From a virus (taxonomy: Duplodnaviria; Caudoviricetes), in IMG/VR virus record IMGVR_UViG_3300047480_000376, positions 1 to 61,709 of that record: DNA of 61,709 nt; one strand, written 5' to 3'. This document shows positions 47,052-56,817 of the stretch, one piece after another. A program made the translations under genes and the position numbers. The notes beneath the pieces are model-generated. The model saw only the letters and a list, made by a program, of their open reading frames with translations. It was not told where the DNA came from and did not search any database. The stretch's first letter is position 1; each line of letters starts with the position of its first letter.

Positions 47052-48730
47052 TTTTTAATTACCAAAATATATAAACCATTCCACCACTCTCTAGGATTTT
47101 CTTCAGAGTTTAGTATCATTTTTTCATAAATCACTTTAGCATCCAATTCATTCAAGCCATCTCTTGCGCCTTGAACAACTGGTTCCCAATTAGCGTCATC
47201 AAATATTAAGATAGCTTCATTAGCTAAAACTGGCCAATAATATTTAATAGCATCTGCAGTAGATTTAGCATCATGAGGGCCATCGTACATGAACATGTCA
47301 ATCTTAGAATCGATATCTTGTAAATTTACATTTAACATATCTTCTCTAAATACTTTTACATCAGATTTTCCAACATATGGAGATAAGTTTGCAATAAACT
47401 TATCATAATCATTTGCTTCTGTTGTCATGTCTTCTCTAGCAGGTTGAATCTGTTCTTCCCACTTGTCTATTAGATATGCCTTTATTGGGTTATTATACAT
47501 TACAGCAGCTGCTGTAGCACCCAAATAACTGCCGACTTCTAAGTAAGCACCACAATTTTTAGCAAGTGAATTTAAAAGAGTTTGTACTCTAGAACTAGTT
47601 AAACCGCTAATGTTGATATTAACCTTTGGAATTCCACTCTTAGCTATACAATCAACTACATGTTTAGTTAAAGATGTATAGTCGTACTCATCCTTTTTCT
47701 CTTCGATCTTATCACAGTACTGACATTCCCAACAATCGAATTTACAATTCTTAATCTTATCACGCCAGATTTTAATTGGTTTTCCAGTAAGTTGTGCCTT
47801 CTCTAAGAAGTCTTCGAAGTTGTCGTCAAGTATTTCTTGTCCTGCAACATATCGTTCAATCTTACGCATGGTCTCGCCTAAGCGATTAATGCTTTCTCTT
47901 CCATGCATCTTAAATACATCAATACCTAAATTGAAATATTCGTCCCAATCTTCTTTCCACGGAGAAAAATTTGCCGTTTTTAGGTATGTTGCAGGATCTT
48001 CGATTTCCCACTTTGGACAACTAATTCTACTGATAGGAGAATTAAAGTATGATGGTTCTTTGTCTGTCCTAGAATTATTATATTCGAAGTGTTCATCCAT
48101 CATATGACACTCGCCTAAACAACCTTCATTAGCCAATAGACTATACTGAATATCTTTACCTAAGTTTACTTTAATCCACTTCTTAGCATCTTGTAATCTG
48201 ATTAATGCATCTCTGTCACGCATTAGATCACGATCTAAGTTTATGTAGTCAAATCCTTCTTTAGCTAATGCTACTACTTCAGCAGGTCTTCTAACATTAC
48301 GAAGGATAGTATTCTTAACAAATAATTCAGGGAATGCAGCTTTAATTTGTCCAGTTGCCATCCAATGTGTGTGAGGAATCGTCGCAACACGAATACCTGC
48401 ATCATATAACGGTTTAAAGTTAACGATGAAAGTATCTAAATTAGTTTGGGTTGGAGGAACTTGGATATTGTTGAATGTGGCAGAAGCCTTAATTCCCAAG
48501 TATTTTTGAATGTTCAATGCAGTTTCTATAAGATTAACTCTGTCTTGATTGAACATGATGACGTCACCCATTGCATCTTGATTGAACGGGCTTATTCTAG
48601 ATGTGAAGTATACATCGGCTATCCAGTCTTTATATTCTGACAACCAATGATAAAATGCCGTAAACTGTTCTTGCGAAAGTTTAGGATTGATAGGAATACT
48701 AAAAATTTTTCTCGGAGTCACTACTCTCAT
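47048..48730 (-). CDS. Fusion of a U32-family-like Fe-S domain and a class I SAM methyltransferase
   Basis: N-part INLDRDL.R, LANEGCLGEC, SC, FKMHGRE, CKFDCWECQYC; C-part YLEVGSYLGAT, YDGPH, LIFDDANW. Confidence 0.7.
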   Translation of the reverse strand: MRVVTPRKIFSIPINPKLSQEQFTAFYHWLSEYKDWIADVYFTSRISPFNQDAMGDVIMFNQDRVNLIETALNIQKYLGIKASATFNNIQVPPTQTNLDTFIVNFKPLYDAGIRVATIPHTHWMATGQIKAAFPELFVKNTILRNVRRPAEVVALAKEGFDYINLDRDLMRDRDALIRLQDAKKWIKVNLGKDIQYSLLANEGCLGECHMMDEHFEYNNSRTDKEPSYFNSPISRISCPKWEIEDPATYLKTANFSPWKEDWDEYFNLGIDVFKMHGRESINRLGETMRKIERYVAGQEILDDNFEDFLEKAQLTGKPIKIWRDKIKNCKFDCWECQYCDKIEEKKDEYDYTSLTKHVVDCIAKSGIPKVNINISGLTSSRVQTLLNSLAKNCGAYLEVGSYLGATAAAVMYNNPIKAYLIDKWEEQIQPAREDMTTEANDYDKFIANLSPYVGKSDVKVFREDMLNVNLQDIDSKIDMFMYDGPHDAKSTADAIKYYWPVLANEAILIFDDANWEPVVQGARDGLNELDAKVIYEKMILNSEENPREWWNGLYILVIKK

Positions 48731-48746
48731 CCTATAAAATAATATG

Positions 48747-49472
48747 TTACAACTCTATTTTTACTGGCTCACTGACTTCCCACTTAAGTTGAAATACACT
48801 GGGATCTATAGTATCTATAGTAGGTCCAGAATCTAATGATTCTTCAGTTATAGGACCAAGGGTTTTTCTCTGTTTTACTGGTTTAGTGATATCCCACTTT
48901 TCACCTTCTTCAGTTATTCCATGTTTAGTCTCTGGATCCACTTTTATAAACGCATAGCCAAAATGATTATGCATAATTACATGACAATCATAATTAGTCT
49001 TGCATGCTTCTATAGATTCCTTTATAGATTGCACCTTTTTAGTGTATCGTAATTTATTCTTTTCTGTTAAAGAATTAAAATCTTTTTCAACATAATGCAA
49101 TAATATTGCTTTTATGTATTTCACAGAGTTTAATTCGTCCTCATCAGTAATATGATAAGTAAATTTATCTCTTGGAAGTAATACTCTATTTTTTGGAATT
49201 TTAAAGGAATCTTTTAACCATTCAAAAGGACCTTGTTCAACCTTAATGTTGATAGTTCTTCGTTGGTTTAGATCGATATGTGAGAACCATGAAGCTCGAG
49301 CAACTTCCTCAGGAATTTCAATAGCATTAGCTTGTATTTCTTGAGGAAGTTCAGATATCTCACACTCTACTTGATATGTTTCATATATCCAAAAGCTCGA
49401 TATGATTTTATGTTTAACATCTTTAAACAGCTTAAGATGATATTCGTTTTTCTCAAACGTTATATATTTCAT
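48747..49472 (-). CDS. Hypothetical protein
   Basis: Long ORF in the operon; start trimmed to MKYITF. Confidence 0.7.
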   Translation of the reverse strand: MKYITFEKNEYHLKLFKDVKHKIISSFWIYETYQVECEISELPQEIQANAIEIPEEVARASWFSHIDLNQRRTINIKVEQGPFEWLKDSFKIPKNRVLLPRDKFTYHITDEDELNSVKYIKAILLHYVEKDFNSLTEKNKLRYTKKVQSIKESIEACKTNYDCHVIMHNHFGYAFIKVDPETKHGITEEGEKWDITKPVKQRKTLGPITEESLDSGPTIDTIDPSVFQLKWEVSEPVKIEL

Positions 49473-50367
49473 TGAATTCTTTTGGTAAAGTTGCACTAGG
49501 AAGATTCTTTTCCTCATGCGTATCTAAATTAAGTTTAGCGCTTGCAGCCTTGATTAGTTCTAAGTCAGCATTAATTGCAGCATTAATAAGTTGAGGATCT
49601 AGCGAACCAATATATTGCATTTTTCCATCATTAGTAAGTTGCAATGCTTTAGCAGCTTCTTGACGTATCGTAACCTGCTGTTGTTCTACAGCTAAATTGA
49701 CAGTGTGCGCTAGCGATAATGCTTCTTCACGTTGCTTTGGTTCTAACTGCATGATAGCGTCTAAGTTACCTGAACCAATTCTACCATATGCACAAAGATC
49801 CATCGCTGCTTGTCTAGCTAATCGTACAGTCCAGTATTCTTTCTCATACAGTTCTTCTTCCTCTGTACCTAATATTGCTGTCAGTGGTCTACCATCCGGC
49901 GTTTTTCCATGTGGACTTGCCAAGAACTCTTCAACTAGTTCTAAGAAAAATTGGCGTTCAATATAAAGATCTTTTACACGAGTTCTAGTTGATTGAACAC
50001 CATTAGTTTTTCTCTTGACTTCAAGGTCAAGCAACTCTTTTCTAAGTGGATCTGTTTCAGCATCTCTATCACGTTCAGCCATCTTTAATTCAATCTCTAC
50101 CTTTTTCAACTCATATTCTTGAGCTTCTAAGGTATCTTCGCGAGCCCTTAACTCGAGCAAGTATTGCCTTATGATGTGGAATGGAGTATATTCTGCTTGA
50201 CCCACGAACCACTTAAGCTTAAACTTTGGAGTACTCCAATAGTTATTATAAGAAAATTCAATGAGTTCTTGAGATTTTTTAGGAATTAGAGAAACGTCAG
50301 TAGAGATTTTCTTTTTTGGAAAGAAATTCTCATACTTATACTTGCCGTATTCTACAACATCAGTCAT
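49453..50367 (-). CDS. Hypothetical coiled-coil protein
   Basis: FVGQ...TPF...RQ.LLEL..RE, YWT.RLARQAAMDL...GRIG.GN.DAI. Confidence 0.8.
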   Translation of the reverse strand: MTDVVEYGKYKYENFFPKKKISTDVSLIPKKSQELIEFSYNNYWSTPKFKLKWFVGQAEYTPFHIIRQYLLELRAREDTLEAQEYELKKVEIELKMAERDRDAETDPLRKELLDLEVKRKTNGVQSTRTRVKDLYIERQFFLELVEEFLASPHGKTPDGRPLTAILGTEEEELYEKEYWTVRLARQAAMDLCAYGRIGSGNLDAIMQLEPKQREEALSLAHTVNLAVEQQQVTIRQEAAKALQLTNDGKMQYIGSLDPQLINAAINADLELIKAASAKLNLDTHEEKNLPSATLPKEFNEIYNV

Positions 50368-50410
50368 TTTTTACCCTTTAACAAAAATATGATTTAGTTA
50401 AAATTATTTA

Positions 50411-51658
50411 TTAGTTTCTCCAGAAACAATGTCCTGAGGAAGCTCCAGCGTGTCCTTGTACTTCTGTACTTAATTGAGCACCAGCATCAGTAGCATATAT
50501 TAGTCTACCGCATCTATTGTTTTGTCCAATGCTATCGTCATATTGCCCTAGCATATATCCACGGTCTTGTGACATGCCATGGTTTTCTTCGCCGCAGTTA
50601 GCCCACATCTTTGAGATTGTACTATAAGACTCAGTCGTAATATTAGTCTTTCTATAGTTATATCCGCCGGCGTATGATCCTTCGTTGCCGCCATAACCAA
50701 AACCAGTTTTAGCAGGCATGCCCTTTTGTTGACCGTGAGCACCTGCAGCTACGATACCAGTCGCTTGTGCTTCTGTAGAAAAATCAATCTTCGCAGTATA
50801 GCTGGTTCCTTGACCAGCCCACCAAATACCTTTATTTTCTCCAGAAATGCCAGAAGCATGTCCACCGTTACCGCCACCCAATGTTGCAAATGAGTTTGTG
50901 CTAGCAGTAAATCTAAATGTGTTGCTTACACCTTCACCTGTTGTAAATGATCTATTACGATCAGGTGCAAACACTGTACCAGTGTTTGCACAAGAATAAC
51001 CCGGAGCACCTACACCATTCACTTTAACTTCTGTACGCATATTGAATGTAGTTGTGCTGTTGCCATTCCAAACGTGACCTCTATTATCGTCACACATACC
51101 AGATTTGTAATGGTAGTTATCAATATTTCCATCACCTAAGTTAGTACAAGTCTCAGTAGAACGAGGGAATCTATTAACGTTAGACCATAGTGTACTATCT
51201 TTATAACCACCAGCCATATACAATGTCGTGATGATTTGGCGATATAGCCATGGTACTGATAACGTAACGCTATATGATCTATCGGAAGTAGTCTTAGCGC
51301 CTGGTGAATTGTCTGAAGCACGAATAGTAAAGTTATACACTTGACCGTCTGTGTTTATACCTGACGCTGAATATGTTCCAGTGATTTGACCAGTGCTTGA
51401 GTTCAGTGTAAAACCTGGAGGAAGAGAACCAGATACTAGTGAGTAAGTAATACCATTATGCCATGGGTCAAATACTTGTCTTTGACCTGAAATGTTGTTT
51501 GAGGTTGTATTAGCAATATCAACACCGCTACCACTTACAGTTGCAGTACCTAACGAACCAGCTGGAGCAGATGAAGCAGTATCATTGATAGCGCCTGGAT
51601 GGAAACCACCTCTACCGCTATTTCTGTTATTTCCGCCTTTAGTACCAAAGAATGCCAT
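50411..51658 (-). CDS. Putative virion protein: Ig-like domain plus Gly-rich kelch-like repeats (paralogue A)
   Basis: YSLVSGSLPPGFTLNSSTGQITG (putative Ig); YMAGGY and roughly 45-aa repeats. Confidence 0.75.
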   Translation of the reverse strand: MAFFGTKGGNNRNSGRGGFHPGAINDTASSAPAGSLGTATVSGSGVDIANTTSNNISGQRQVFDPWHNGITYSLVSGSLPPGFTLNSSTGQITGTYSASGINTDGQVYNFTIRASDNSPGAKTTSDRSYSVTLSVPWLYRQIITTLYMAGGYKDSTLWSNVNRFPRSTETCTNLGDGNIDNYHYKSGMCDDNRGHVWNGNSTTTFNMRTEVKVNGVGAPGYSCANTGTVFAPDRNRSFTTGEGVSNTFRFTASTNSFATLGGGNGGHASGISGENKGIWWAGQGTSYTAKIDFSTEAQATGIVAAGAHGQQKGMPAKTGFGYGGNEGSYAGGYNYRKTNITTESYSTISKMWANCGEENHGMSQDRGYMLGQYDDSIGQNNRCGRLIYATDAGAQLSTEVQGHAGASSGHCFWRN

Positions 51659-52444
51659 TTATTAATCTCTCCAGAAGCAGTGGCCAGATGAAGCTCCACC
51701 GTTACCTTGTACCGATGTACCTAACGTTGCAACTGCATCACTTGAATATATTATTCGGCCGCATATATTGTTTTGTGCTCCGTTATACATTCCTAAGCAA
51801 TATCCACGATCTTGTGACATGCCATAGTTTTCTTCACCCGAGTCTGATAACATTTTTGTTATCGTGCCGTATGTTTCATTGGCGATATTTATTTTGCGAT
51901 GGTTATATCCACCGTTGTATGTACCTTCATTACCACCGTAACCAAAGCCGGTCTTAGCTGATAAACCTTTTTGCTGACCATGTGCACCGCCAGCCATAGA
52001 GATAGTAGCTTGTGCTTCAGTCGAGAAGTTAATAGATCTATTAGCGTCTCCCCAATAAATTCCTTTATTTTCACCAGATACTTGACAAGCATGGCCACCT
52101 TGACCACCTCCAAGAGTTGCAAACGCTTCAGTGGATGCAGTGAATCTAAACATATTACTTACGCCGTCACCAGTAGTGTATGATCTATTGCGATCTGGTG
52201 CAAAAGCCGTAGCTGTATCTGAGGCGTTATATCCAGGACCACCGGGGTTTGTAGCCTTAGATTCAGTACGCATGTTAAATTTGGATGTCGTATTTAAGTC
52301 TACAGCATGACCACCGCCAGCACCGAAAACATATCCAGCGTTATCACTACACATACCAGATTTGTAGTTATAGTTGTCAATGTTGCCGTTACCTAAGTTA
52401 GTACAAGTCTCCGTAGAACGAGGGAATCTATTAACGTTAGACCA
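51134..52444. repeat. Direct repeat pair 51134-51187 / 52391-52444 between the paralogues
   Basis: 54 nt with one mismatch (acctaagttagtacaagtctc[a/c]gtagaacgagggaatctattaacgttagacca). Confidence 0.85.
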
Positions 52445-53302
52445 CGCAGATGAGTTTTGATAGCCACCAGCCATGTATAATGTTGTGATGATTTGTCTAT
52501 ATAACCATGGTACTGATAACGTCACAGTATATGTACGATCAGTGAATCCCTTTGCGCCTGGAGAGTTATCAGTAGCACGCACAGTGAATGTGTATACTTG
52601 ACCATCTGTATTAACTCCTGATGCAGTATATGTACCAGTTATTTGACCAGTAGTTGCATTTAACGTAAAACCTGGAGGTAGTGAACCAGATGAGATTGAA
52701 TATGTGATAGGGCCATTGTGAAATGGGTCGATCGTACCACGCTGTCCTGAAATACGCGTTGAACTTGTATTTGCTATCGTATCACCAGTACCATTTACTA
52801 CTGTAGTACCAAGAGTACCGCTTAACTCTGAAACTGGATTATCAAATGACCAAATATACATCGCAGAGTTGTTATCATATGGATATGTACCTGGGCTAAC
52901 ATCTCTATAAAAAACTGTAAATTCTGCACCATAACCTGATATTAAACTTAATCCAGTGTCACCAGCGGTATAAGCGCTCGTATCTACTGCATTCCATGCA
53001 GCGCTTCTTATCAAGTAAACTCTACAAGGTTGAGTTACAGTAAATGTACCGCTATCAGTCTCATTAATGACAGTAGAAGTGACTTTACCAGGTCCAGTTA
53101 AGTATGCTGGTAGATTTTGATATACAGCCCATGGACTTTGACCAGTTGTGATCCTTAAATCTAACCCATTAACTGGAGACATAAGTTCAGTGCCTGTACT
53201 AACAGACACTGGATAGTTGACGTCAACTGGACCAACACCGGGATGGAATGCACCCCTCCCGGTATTTCTATTACTTCCACCTGTAGACCCGTAAAATGCC
53301 AT
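51662..53302 (-). CDS. Putative virion protein: Ig-like domain plus kelch-like repeats (paralogue B, extra ~125-aa domain)
   Basis: Same architecture and termini as paralogue A. Confidence 0.75.
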   Translation of the reverse strand: MAFYGSTGGSNRNTGRGAFHPGVGPVDVNYPVSVSTGTELMSPVNGLDLRITTGQSPWAVYQNLPAYLTGPGKVTSTVINETDSGTFTVTQPCRVYLIRSAAWNAVDTSAYTAGDTGLSLISGYGAEFTVFYRDVSPGTYPYDNNSAMYIWSFDNPVSELSGTLGTTVVNGTGDTIANTSSTRISGQRGTIDPFHNGPITYSISSGSLPPGFTLNATTGQITGTYTASGVNTDGQVYTFTVRATDNSPGAKGFTDRTYTVTLSVPWLYRQIITTLYMAGGYQNSSAWSNVNRFPRSTETCTNLGNGNIDNYNYKSGMCSDNAGYVFGAGGGHAVDLNTTSKFNMRTESKATNPGGPGYNASDTATAFAPDRNRSYTTGDGVSNMFRFTASTEAFATLGGGQGGHACQVSGENKGIYWGDANRSINFSTEAQATISMAGGAHGQQKGLSAKTGFGYGGNEGTYNGGYNHRKINIANETYGTITKMLSDSGEENYGMSQDRGYCLGMYNGAQNNICGRIIYSSDAVATLGTSVQGNGGASSGHCFWRD

Positions 53303-53315
53303 CTTTTACTACCTA

Positions 53316-56300
53316 TTAACCGTAAGAAGACATCTGACCTAACACTACCCAAGCACCAGCAGCAGTGCGGATCAATGTGAAGACCACGACGTCTGTTTTG
53401 TTTGCTTGTGGTGTAGGCTGAGTGTTACCTGCCCATCTAATCGTTTGTGCTGAACTGTCAATCTGTACAGCAGTTGGTAAGTATGCAGTACCACCCTGTG
53501 CTAACACTAGCGTAATCGTACTAATTCTGTTAACAGTAGTTGGTACGTTAGTGAAGTTTGCTGTAAAGTTTGTAGAGATACCTGTGTGATAGAACACGCT
53601 CGATGCATTAAAGTCATGTGTTACTGTACCAGTAGCAGATGCTTTTGGATCCATGACTTCAAGGATCGATTCAACAGTTGTCACACCGCCAACAGATAAG
53701 TTGTTATTAACTGTTGTTGTACCAGAAGATGCACCAATACTGATTGTAGTTGCTGCACCACCGATATTTAAAGTGGTTGCATTTGTATTGAATACAGTTG
53801 CTGTACCAGTAGATGTAGTAGTAATATCGCCGCCGTTGACTGCTAAGTCACCAGAAGTTGTGAAGTTACCAGTTGATGTAATAGCACCTACACTTAATGG
53901 TGCAAATATTGCTGAACCAATATTAACTGTAGCTGTTGGAGCCAAGCCACCTAAGTTTGTAAATAGCTTAAATGCGCCATCGCTTGCATCTCTTACTAAA
54001 CCGCTGTATGTTGGTACGAATACTGGAGAATTATCTGAGTGCGAAGACGCTGTAGTACCGTTAGCACCACGAGTTACACCAGTGAATTCAGTTGCAGTCT
54101 TACCTGTATAAGTAACTTCTTCTGAACCAATTACCAAATTACCAGATGCTGGGAACGCAGTAGTATCATCAACAGTAATTGTTGTTGCAGAATTTGTGAT
54201 CGCGCCATTTAGTAATGTTGAAATAGAACTAAATGTACCATAGAAACCTAAGTCGATCAAGTCACTTGGGTTACCTGCACCCATACGAATCATTGGGTCA
54301 GAAACAGCAAGTGTTGTTGTTTCTAGAGATGAACCAGAACCACCGATAGAGATCGTACCAGTAATCGCAACGTTACCACCAACGTTTAAGTTACCTAATA
54401 GACCCATACCTCCGCTAACACGAAGAGCACCAGTTGTAGTAGATGTTGATTCTGTATTTGCTAAGACTTCAACACCAGCTGCTTTACCTGGGCGACTTTC
54501 GCCAATGATACGCAATCTTTCATTACCAGCGTCAAATCCATTTGAGAAGATAATGATGTCGTTTTGTGCACCATTTTCACTAGTACCAATCAATAAGTTA
54601 CCGCTATTTGATGTTCCAACTGGTGCTGACATGAAAATGTAACCAGTTGAAGCGCCAGTAATTGTGAATTCTGGGTCATTGTAGTTTTCAGATGTAATAC
54701 CCATATCAATCCAACCTGAATCATTGTCACCGTTGGATGTGTACATGATCATGTCTGTAGAAGCTTCTGTACCATTACTGAAGTTCTTAAGAGCGAACTG
54801 AACGAATGAGTTTGCGTGACCAGTGAATACACCTGAAGCATCAGTTAGGCCAACATAACCTGCTGAAACTGAGTCATCGATAGTTAACATACGAGCAGTA
54901 ATAGCACCGTCTGTACCCTGGTAGATCGCACCACCGTAAGCTTCGATTGTACCTTCAAGGTCTAAGTCACCTTGAATACCAACACCGCCTTTAACTCTTA
55001 AAGCGCCTGTGTATGGGTTTGTAGCAGCAGTATCAATAGAGATTTCAAGACCAGCAGGAGCTAAGTCTTGTGTAAACGAAGTACTTGCTAACGTCTGTTG
55101 TTTATTAACTGTATATGTACCAGTTGAACCTGCAGTACCAGTCAATTGAGCTATGATTACTGTACCAGCAATGATACCAGCAGCATTGATTGTGTGTTCA
55201 CCGTCAAATAAGATTGTACCAGATGAAACTGCAGTAACTGTTAGTGTTGTACCTGAAATAGAACCTGTGAACATCGCACCCATGCGCGCTTCACCGACGA
55301 TACGCATCTTCTCAGCATCTACGTTGGTCGTAATGTCGAAACCACCGGTACAGAATACGATGTCGTTCTCTGTACCGGTGTCATTCGTTGCAATAACTAA
55401 GTTACCTGGACCAGTTGCACCAGCTGGGGCTGACATGAAGATGTAACCATCATTTGCGTCAGTGATACCATATCCTGAAGAAGCATCAAATCCTGAAGAT
55501 GTGATACCCATATCAACCCAACCTGAATTGTTGTCACCGTTATCTGCATACAAGATGATGTCTGTTGATGCAGCAGCTCCGTCATTTGTGTTCTTAAATG
55601 CGATCTGACCGAAACCATCGATGTCTTTAACAGCTAAGAATCTAACGTCAGTTAGACCTGTATAGCCTGAGAATTGATAATCATCTTGTAGGTATAGTTG
55701 TGCATTTTCACCGATAAATATTGCGGATGATTCTTGTCCAGTGTCTTGACCAACTAAAACGTGATTATCTACGTGAATAGATTCTACACCAGCGTGTGAA
55801 GATGTTGACCATTCAGGCTCTGTACCATCAGCATTAACAACTAATATTGGTTGTACTTGAACTGATGTACCTTCATGATCTGTATGAACTGGACCTAATG
55901 CACCGATTGGTAAACGCTGTGCGCCTGATGCATCACGATAGACCAAGTCGCCTTGCGTAGTAACAATAGCAGAAGCTGAACCGTCAGCAAACGGCTCCCA
56001 ATATTCTTCAGCTAAGTCAGCGCTAGGTTGATTTAATGAAGAAGCTGTATGTGCTTGTACACAAATGTATGTGCTAGTATTTTGCTTAGCTAATTCATTT
56101 AATTTGTAATATGTTCCGCTTGTCCAATTACCTGTCCAAGCAAAACCTGTACTAAATAGTTCCCAGTGATCTGTATCATATGGTGTCTCTGTAGTGGCAT
56201 CAGCAGTACACAAGTACTGGTTGCCGCCCCAACGAACTAAGTCGCCAGTCTTATATGGTAAAATACCAGAACCAGAAGGCTGCCATGCACCGCGGTTATT

Positions 56301-56783
56301 TAAACCTTCAACGAATGGTCTCCACACATCAACGTCTGATGTAGGAACAACGTCAGAGTTTGCCTCTAATGCATAGTATGTGTAACCACCATATGAAACT
56401 ACGTCACCGATTTGATATTCAACTGCTGAATCCCAAGACTCTTCTACTTCAACACCTTTAGCGAATATATTCCAATAACTTGGATTTAGTATAGAAGTTG
56501 CTGTGTGTGCAGTTGTACAGATGTATGTAGAACCGCCATATGCAACGATGTCATTAACTTTATAGTATGTTGCGTTAGTGTATACGTTCTTCCACTCGAA
56601 GCCATCGTTCATGACTTCCCATTTAGCAGAATCTGAATACAAGGTAGCTCCAGCAACGTGGCCTTGTACACAGACATAAGATTTTCCGCCATGGCGCACG
56701 ATGTCATCTTTTACATACGTAGCAGAAGCAGTCCACTGACCTTTCCATACGAACTTAAGTCTACCTAGTTTAAACTCTGCCAT
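53316..56783 (-). CDS. Large tail-fibre/structural protein with carbohydrate-binding-like repeats
   Basis: MAEFKLGR.KF.WKG.W; repeated Y..ND.V.YGG..Y.C...H; duplicated DNDSGW.DMGITS; TTTGALRV.GG.G. Confidence 0.8.
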   Translation of the reverse strand: MAEFKLGRLKFVWKGQWTASATYVKDDIVRHGGKSYVCVQGHVAGATLYSDSAKWEVMNDGFEWKNVYTNATYYKVNDIVAYGGSTYICTTAHTATSILNPSYWNIFAKGVEVEESWDSAVEYQIGDVVSYGGYTYYALEANSDVVPTSDVDVWRPFVEGLNNRGAWQPSGSGILPYKTGDLVRWGGNQYLCTADATTETPYDTDHWELFSTGFAWTGNWTSGTYYKLNELAKQNTSTYICVQAHTASSLNQPSADLAEEYWEPFADGSASAIVTTQGDLVYRDASGAQRLPIGALGPVHTDHEGTSVQVQPILVVNADGTEPEWSTSSHAGVESIHVDNHVLVGQDTGQESSAIFIGENAQLYLQDDYQFSGYTGLTDVRFLAVKDIDGFGQIAFKNTNDGAAASTDIILYADNGDNNSGWVDMGITSSGFDASSGYGITDANDGYIFMSAPAGATGPGNLVIATNDTGTENDIVFCTGGFDITTNVDAEKMRIVGEARMGAMFTGSISGTTLTVTAVSSGTILFDGEHTINAAGIIAGTVIIAQLTGTAGSTGTYTVNKQQTLASTSFTQDLAPAGLEISIDTAATNPYTGALRVKGGVGIQGDLDLEGTIEAYGGAIYQGTDGAITARMLTIDDSVSAGYVGLTDASGVFTGHANSFVQFALKNFSNGTEASTDMIMYTSNGDNDSGWIDMGITSENYNDPEFTITGASTGYIFMSAPVGTSNSGNLLIGTSENGAQNDIIIFSNGFDAGNERLRIIGESRPGKAAGVEVLANTESTSTTTGALRVSGGMGLLGNLNVGGNVAITGTISIGGSGSSLETTTLAVSDPMIRMGAGNPSDLIDLGFYGTFSSISTLLNGAITNSATTITVDDTTAFPASGNLVIGSEEVTYTGKTATEFTGVTRGANGTTASSHSDNSPVFVPTYSGLVRDASDGAFKLFTNLGGLAPTATVNIGSAIFAPLSVGAITSTGNFTTSGDLAVNGGDITTTSTGTATVFNTNATTLNIGGAATTISIGASSGTTTVNNNLSVGGVTTVESILEVMDPKASATGTVTHDFNASSVFYHTGISTNFTANFTNVPTTVNRISTITLVLAQGGTAYLPTAVQIDSSAQTIRWAGNTQPTPQANKTDVVVFTLIRTAAGAWVVLGQMSSYG

Positions 56784-56817
56784 TTCTTATTTCCTTTGAT
56801 ATTGCAGTTAATTTCTA

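Noticed and set aside
50411-53302. Diversity-generating retroelement (template/variable repeat) explanation for the repeats
   Set aside because: No reverse transcriptase in the window, both copies are coding, and the differences are not adenine-specific.
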